A stretch of DNA of 64,000 nt from an uncultured Gammaproteobacteria bacterium (GTDB lineage: Bacteria > Pseudomonadota > Gammaproteobacteria > GCA-002705445 > GCA-002716945): contig CACOMO010000004.1 in NCBI GenBank assembly GCA_902628335.1, positions 52,877-116,876 of the forward strand. Reading direction: 5' to 3'. Position 1 is the first letter of the stretch, and each line of letters opens with the position of its first letter. Both the position numbers and the translations under genes were made by a program. Shown in pieces: positions 60,115 through 64,000 of the stretch. Below the pieces are notes generated by a model. That model saw only the letters and a list, made by a program, of their open reading frames with translations, did no database searches and was not told the origin of the DNA.

Positions 60115-61239
60115 ATGTCTCAGAAAATATATATAGTTGGTGATGGGATAGTCGGAAGAATGACTGCAATTACAATGCATGATATGGGTTTTAATGTCAC
60201 TATTTTTAATGATAAACAGATACATAAGAAAAGTGATCGATATTTCTCAATAAATCTTTTATCAAAATCTTTTTTTGAAGAATACAATATCTGGTCATCA
60301 ATTCTTGCAAAAGGAGTTAATTCATACAGGAAAATTGTTACTTGGGATAACTTACAATCTGAGGAAGTAATATTCGAATCAAAAAATATAAATCAACATA
60401 ACCTTGCCTATGTTATTTCAGAATCTAACATTATGTCAGCAATAGATTATGAGATAGAAAAAAGAAACTCCATAAAATTTGAGAACATAACTACCTTAAA
60501 TAAAAATCTGGATAAAAGTGACTATGTTATAAACACAACAAATAAAAAAAATCTTAAAATCGAGTCTAAAAAAAGTCATCAAATTAATTATGCTCAAAAG
60601 GCTGTTGTTATGAATATCGATATTGATAATTCAGGAAAAATAGCTTATCAAAAATTTCTCGATGGACAGATATTAGGACTGATTCCAATTTCAACAAAAA
60701 CATACAACCTAATATGGTCAATAGATGAGAGAAAAATAGATGATTTGATAAGTGGAACTAAAAAAGAGATGCTAAATATTCTTAATACTGAATTAGAAGA
60801 AAAGACTGGAACAATAAGTGATTGCTCAACTTATAATTTATTCCCATTGTCAGGATACTTAGTCGAGGATTGTTTTAATGATAAAATAATACATATCGGT
60901 AGTTCTCTACATAGCATTCATCCATTAGCTGGGTTGGGTTTAAATATGGGCCTACAGGATCTCTTTTGTTTAACATCAAAAATTAGAAAAAACTCTAATC
61001 AAATCGACAAATTATTATTATACGAATTCCAATATTTTTCTAATTCTTTAAATAAGAGGACATACTATGGTATAAATTTTCTAAAAAAATTTTACTGCGA
61101 TTATACGTTACCAAATTTAAGAGAGGCCATGTTAAAAACTTTTAACTTTAACGCCAGTCTTAAAAATTCAGTGATTAGATTTGCTACCGGATTAAAAACA
61201 AAAGATAAAATCAATAAAGAAGTACGAAGACCGCTGTAA
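60115..61239 (+). CDS. UbiI/UbiF-family flavin monooxygenase with eroded motifs
   Basis: VGDGIVG, AYQ.F and HSIHPLAG.G.NMG.QD; follows ubiH. Confidence 0.72.
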   Translation: MSQKIYIVGDGIVGRMTAITMHDMGFNVTIFNDKQIHKKSDRYFSINLLSKSFFEEYNIWSSILAKGVNSYRKIVTWDNLQSEEVIFESKNINQHNLAYVISESNIMSAIDYEIEKRNSIKFENITTLNKNLDKSDYVINTTNKKNLKIESKKSHQINYAQKAVVMNIDIDNSGKIAYQKFLDGQILGLIPISTKTYNLIWSIDERKIDDLISGTKKEMLNILNTELEEKTGTISDCSTYNLFPLSGYLVEDCFNDKIIHIGSSLHSIHPLAGLGLNMGLQDLFCLTSKIRKNSNQIDKLLLYEFQYFSNSLNKRTYYGINFLKKFYCDYTLPNLREAMLKTFNFNASLKNSVIRFATGLKTKDKINKEVRRPL

Positions 61240-61996
61240 TAAGAATAAGATAAGAGAAAATCAATTTTATTTTCTTAACATCAGTATTATTGGTTAATGA
61301 AGCTCCATAATATGACGATATCATTGAAGATATTGATACCAGAACAAATGCATCAACCACTATTAATCTCAAAATATCATAGTACGTATTAATAAAGTAA
61401 CTATTAAAAAACCAAGATATTAAAAGCCCTAGAAAGGATAATGAAAAACCACATGCAGCAGCGGTTGCAATACATTTTCTTATTTCTATACCATGATAGT
61501 TGAAGTATGGAGTAGTCATCGTCCCGCCCCCAATACCAAGAAAACTACTTACCATGCCTATAAAAACAGAGACTATGTTAACATTTGAGAGATTTTTTAT
61601 CCTCTGATTAGATAAATCGTTTTTTTTGCGCATCATGTAAACACCAATTAGTATTAGTAAAAGACCATAAATCATTTTTACATATACTGATGGAATGGTT
61701 GATATCAATATCAAGCCAAGCGTAGAGCCTAATACAATACCAGGCAAGGTCTGATAGAACGTTTTCCAAACTACTAATTTATTCTTTGTATGTTTTATGA
61801 GTGCAGATAAACTCGATAGTACTACGCATGTTAGTGATGTTACAATAGCGCTCTGAATAGTTAATTCAACGTTCACATTGAAATAGTTAAAAATAATAAA
61901 CAGAGAGGGAACAAATATAATTCCACCACCTAAGCCTAAGAATCCTCCAATGAACCCCCCGACTAGTCCGATGATAACGTATGATACATACAACAT
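61211..61996 (-). CDS. TSUP/TauE-SafE family membrane permease
   Basis: GFLGLGGGIIFVP, A..TSL and GIGGG....P motifs. Confidence 0.85.
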   Translation of the reverse strand: MLYVSYVIIGLVGGFIGGFLGLGGGIIFVPSLFIIFNYFNVNVELTIQSAIVTSLTCVVLSSLSALIKHTKNKLVVWKTFYQTLPGIVLGSTLGLILISTIPSVYVKMIYGLLLILIGVYMMRKKNDLSNQRIKNLSNVNIVSVFIGMVSSFLGIGGGTMTTPYFNYHGIEIRKCIATAAACGFSLSFLGLLISWFFNSYFINTYYDILRLIVVDAFVLVSISSMISSYYGASLTNNTDVKKIKLIFSYLILITAVFVLLY

Positions 61997-62104
61997 ATAC
62001 TCGCTATAAAAACATATATTCGGGTTTAAAAAAAGTAGAATTATGGCATACTATATGGTTAACAATAAATAAAACAATTTTAAACTTTTAGAAGGGAAAA
62101 CGTA

Positions 62105-63286
62105 ATGTCAGGATATCATTTTTTATTTGTACCAGGACCATCGAATGTACCGGCAGCAGTTCAACAAGCAATTCACTGCCCGATGGAAGATCATAGAAAT
62201 CCAACCATACCAGATTTAATTCAACCAATCACAGAAGATCTTAAAAAAATTCTTTTAACAAAAGATGGGAAAGTAGTCTTTTTCCCCTCATCTGGGACGG
62301 GATGCTGGGAAGCAGCACTTCAAAGCACACTTAATGTTGGAGATAAAGTACTGGGTGCTAGCTTCGGTCAGTTCAGTATGCTTTGGCTTGATATGTGTAA
62401 AAGACTAAAATTTGAACCTATAACGATGGAAGAAGAATGGGGAACAGGTGCAAATCCGGAGAGTTATCATAAGCATTTGTCTGAAGATAAAAATCATGAA
62501 ATTAAAGCAGTTCTTGTTTGTCAAAATGAGACCGCGACTGGGGTAAGAAGTGATGTTGCCGCAATAAGAAAAATTCTCGATGACCTCAATCACCCGGCAT
62601 TATTAATGGTTGACGGTGTGAGCTCTGTTGCAAGTTATGAATTTAAGATGGACGAATGGGGCGTTGACTGTATTGTTAGTGGTTCACAAAAAGGTTTTAT
62701 GTTACCAGCAGGCTTAGGTATTCTCGGCGTAAGTCAAAAAGCAATTCAAGCTATGAAAGATTCAGAGTATCCTACATGTTATTTTGATGTTGCAGATATG
62801 ATTGAAAAGTTAGACGGTGGCTATTTGCCATATACTCCACCTGTAAATCTATTGCGTGGTTTTAGAGTTGCAATAGATCTTATTTTTGAAGAAGGTTTAG
62901 AGAATATATGGAAAAGACACTATCGATTGGCTGAGGGTACAAGAAAAGCTATCACTGAAGGTTGGGGATTAAACTTGTGCGCTAAAGAGCAGAAATGGCA
63001 ATCAGATACTGTCTCGGCAATTGTAGTACCAGAAGGAGCAGACGCGGTGCCTGTAATTAGTACTGCATTTCATAAGTACAATCTTGCACTGGGAGCAGGA
63101 CTGGCTAAAGTTGCTGGTAAAGTTTTTAGAATCGGTCACTTAGGTGATTTGAACGAATGTATGTTATTTGGAGCCATATCTGGTGCAGAAATGGCCATGA
63201 TAGATAATGGTATAAAAGTAGAGCCTGGTAGTGGAGCTGCAGCTGCATCTAAGTACTGGACGGAAAACCCTTCAGGAGGCAAATAA
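62105..63286 (+). CDS. Serine-glyoxylate aminotransferase-like class V aminotransferase
   Basis: LFVPGP, EDHR, SGTG.WE, FGQFS, NETATG, VDGVSS, GSQKG (PLP Lys) and FRIGHLG motifs. Confidence 0.88.
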   Translation: MSGYHFLFVPGPSNVPAAVQQAIHCPMEDHRNPTIPDLIQPITEDLKKILLTKDGKVVFFPSSGTGCWEAALQSTLNVGDKVLGASFGQFSMLWLDMCKRLKFEPITMEEEWGTGANPESYHKHLSEDKNHEIKAVLVCQNETATGVRSDVAAIRKILDDLNHPALLMVDGVSSVASYEFKMDEWGVDCIVSGSQKGFMLPAGLGILGVSQKAIQAMKDSEYPTCYFDVADMIEKLDGGYLPYTPPVNLLRGFRVAIDLIFEEGLENIWKRHYRLAEGTRKAITEGWGLNLCAKEQKWQSDTVSAIVVPEGADAVPVISTAFHKYNLALGAGLAKVAGKVFRIGHLGDLNECMLFGAISGAEMAMIDNGIKVEPGSGAAAASKYWTENPSGGK

Positions 63287-64000
63287 TGTCAAAACCATCA
63301 GCAATTGTCACTCGTAGGTGGCCAGATGAATGTGAGAGTAGATTAAAACAATTATTTGATGTAACTCTCAATGAGTCTGACGAACCATTCACTACAGACC
63401 AGTTAAAGTCTGCACTACAGAGTTGTGATGTTCTTATGCCAACTGTTACGGATAAGATCACTGCTGATGTCCTCAGTGTTGAGAACAGAAAAGCTAATAT
63501 GATTGGTAACTTTGGTGTTGGTTTTAATCACATAGATATTGAGAAGGCAAAGGAATTAGGAATAACAGTTTCTAATACTCCAACTGTTTTAACTGATTGC
63601 ACTGCAGATATAGCTATGTCTCTTATTTTAATGGTTGCAAGACGAGTTGGAGAAGGCGAGAGAGAACTGCGTGCAAATAATTGGACAGGATGGAGACCTA
63701 CTCACCTTCTAGGAACTAAAGTAACTGGAAAAAAACTTGGTGTTATTGGTTTTGGTAGAATTGGACAGGCAGTCGCTCAGCGCGCACATCATGGTTTCAA
63801 CATGGAAATATTGTTTTGGGATCCATTTGATATTTCGTCCGATGTAATAAACAATCTTAACGCCAAGAAATTAGATACTATTGAGGATATTTGTAAGGAA
63901 TCTGATTTTGTATCAATAAATTGCCCAGCAACGAAAGAAACATTGCATTTAATGAATGCTGAGAGGTTTAAACTTATGAAAAAATCAGCATTTGTTATCA
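63286..64000 (+). CDS. D-glycerate dehydrogenase/hydroxypyruvate reductase family (3'-truncated by window edge)
   Basis: Hand translation from ATG 63286 (TAATG overlap): MSKPSAIVTRRWP...NFGVGFNHID...SNTP.VLTD.TAD...GVIGFGRIG; absent from the ORF track because no stop lies in the window. Confidence 0.9.
   Translation, partial: MSKPSAIVTRRWPDECESRLKQLFDVTLNESDEPFTTDQLKSALQSCDVLMPTVTDKITADVLSVENRKANMIGNFGVGFNHIDIEKAKELGITVSNTPTVLTDCTADIAMSLILMVARRVGEGERELRANNWTGWRPTHLLGTKVTGKKLGVIGFGRIGQAVAQRAHHGFNMEILFWDPFDISSDVINNLNAKKLDTIEDICKESDFVSINCPATKETLHLMNAERFKLMKKSAFVI

Noticed and set aside
1-64000. Mobile elements, prophage, defence systems, inteins or programmed frameshifts
   Set aside because: No integrase, transposase, nuclease-defence or phage-like ORF was recognised, and core proteins have normal lengths and continuous frames.

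Overview
A 64 kb stretch of gene-dense, very AT-rich (roughly 30% GC by eye) core chromosome from a streamlined gammaproteobacterium, probably marine. It holds about 64 CDSs, mostly abutting or overlapping, and one tRNA-Ile2(CAU) with no encoded CCA. Content: nudE-cysQ, split ccmABC, xth/pyrE, coaBC-dut-algC-argB, bioBF and bioD, ubiA/ubiH/ubiI/coq7, hemB/hemF, topA, def-fmt-trkAH, hisBHAF-E-tatABC, rpoD, tkt-gap-pgk-pyk-fba, rpe-trpEGDC, rplM-rpsI, ilvA, zapAB, pepP and the start of an sga-hpr-like operon. I see no integrase, transposase, CRISPR array or defence island, and no clear multi-gene novel system. The best leads are small: (1) a 94-aa protamine/H1-like protein (63% K+R) with its own promoter and terminator, next to an EVE-domain gene; (2) an orphan minus-strand sRNA candidate combining an anti-Shine-Dalgarno tract with a CsrA-type GGA-loop terminator; (3) a Fae homolog lacking the catalytic His, sitting where ubiC normally precedes ubiA, plus a serine-cycle-type sga-hpr pair (C1 metabolism); (4) an unannotated 49-aa basic ORF between cysQ and an inverted ccmC; (5) clean loss of ssrS (6S RNA)/fau, crp, hisI, dnaG and dprA from their usual loci; (6) a divergent SpeD, an eroded UbiI and a loop-expanded AmpG. 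All assignments are from motifs and recalled synteny; no searches were run.
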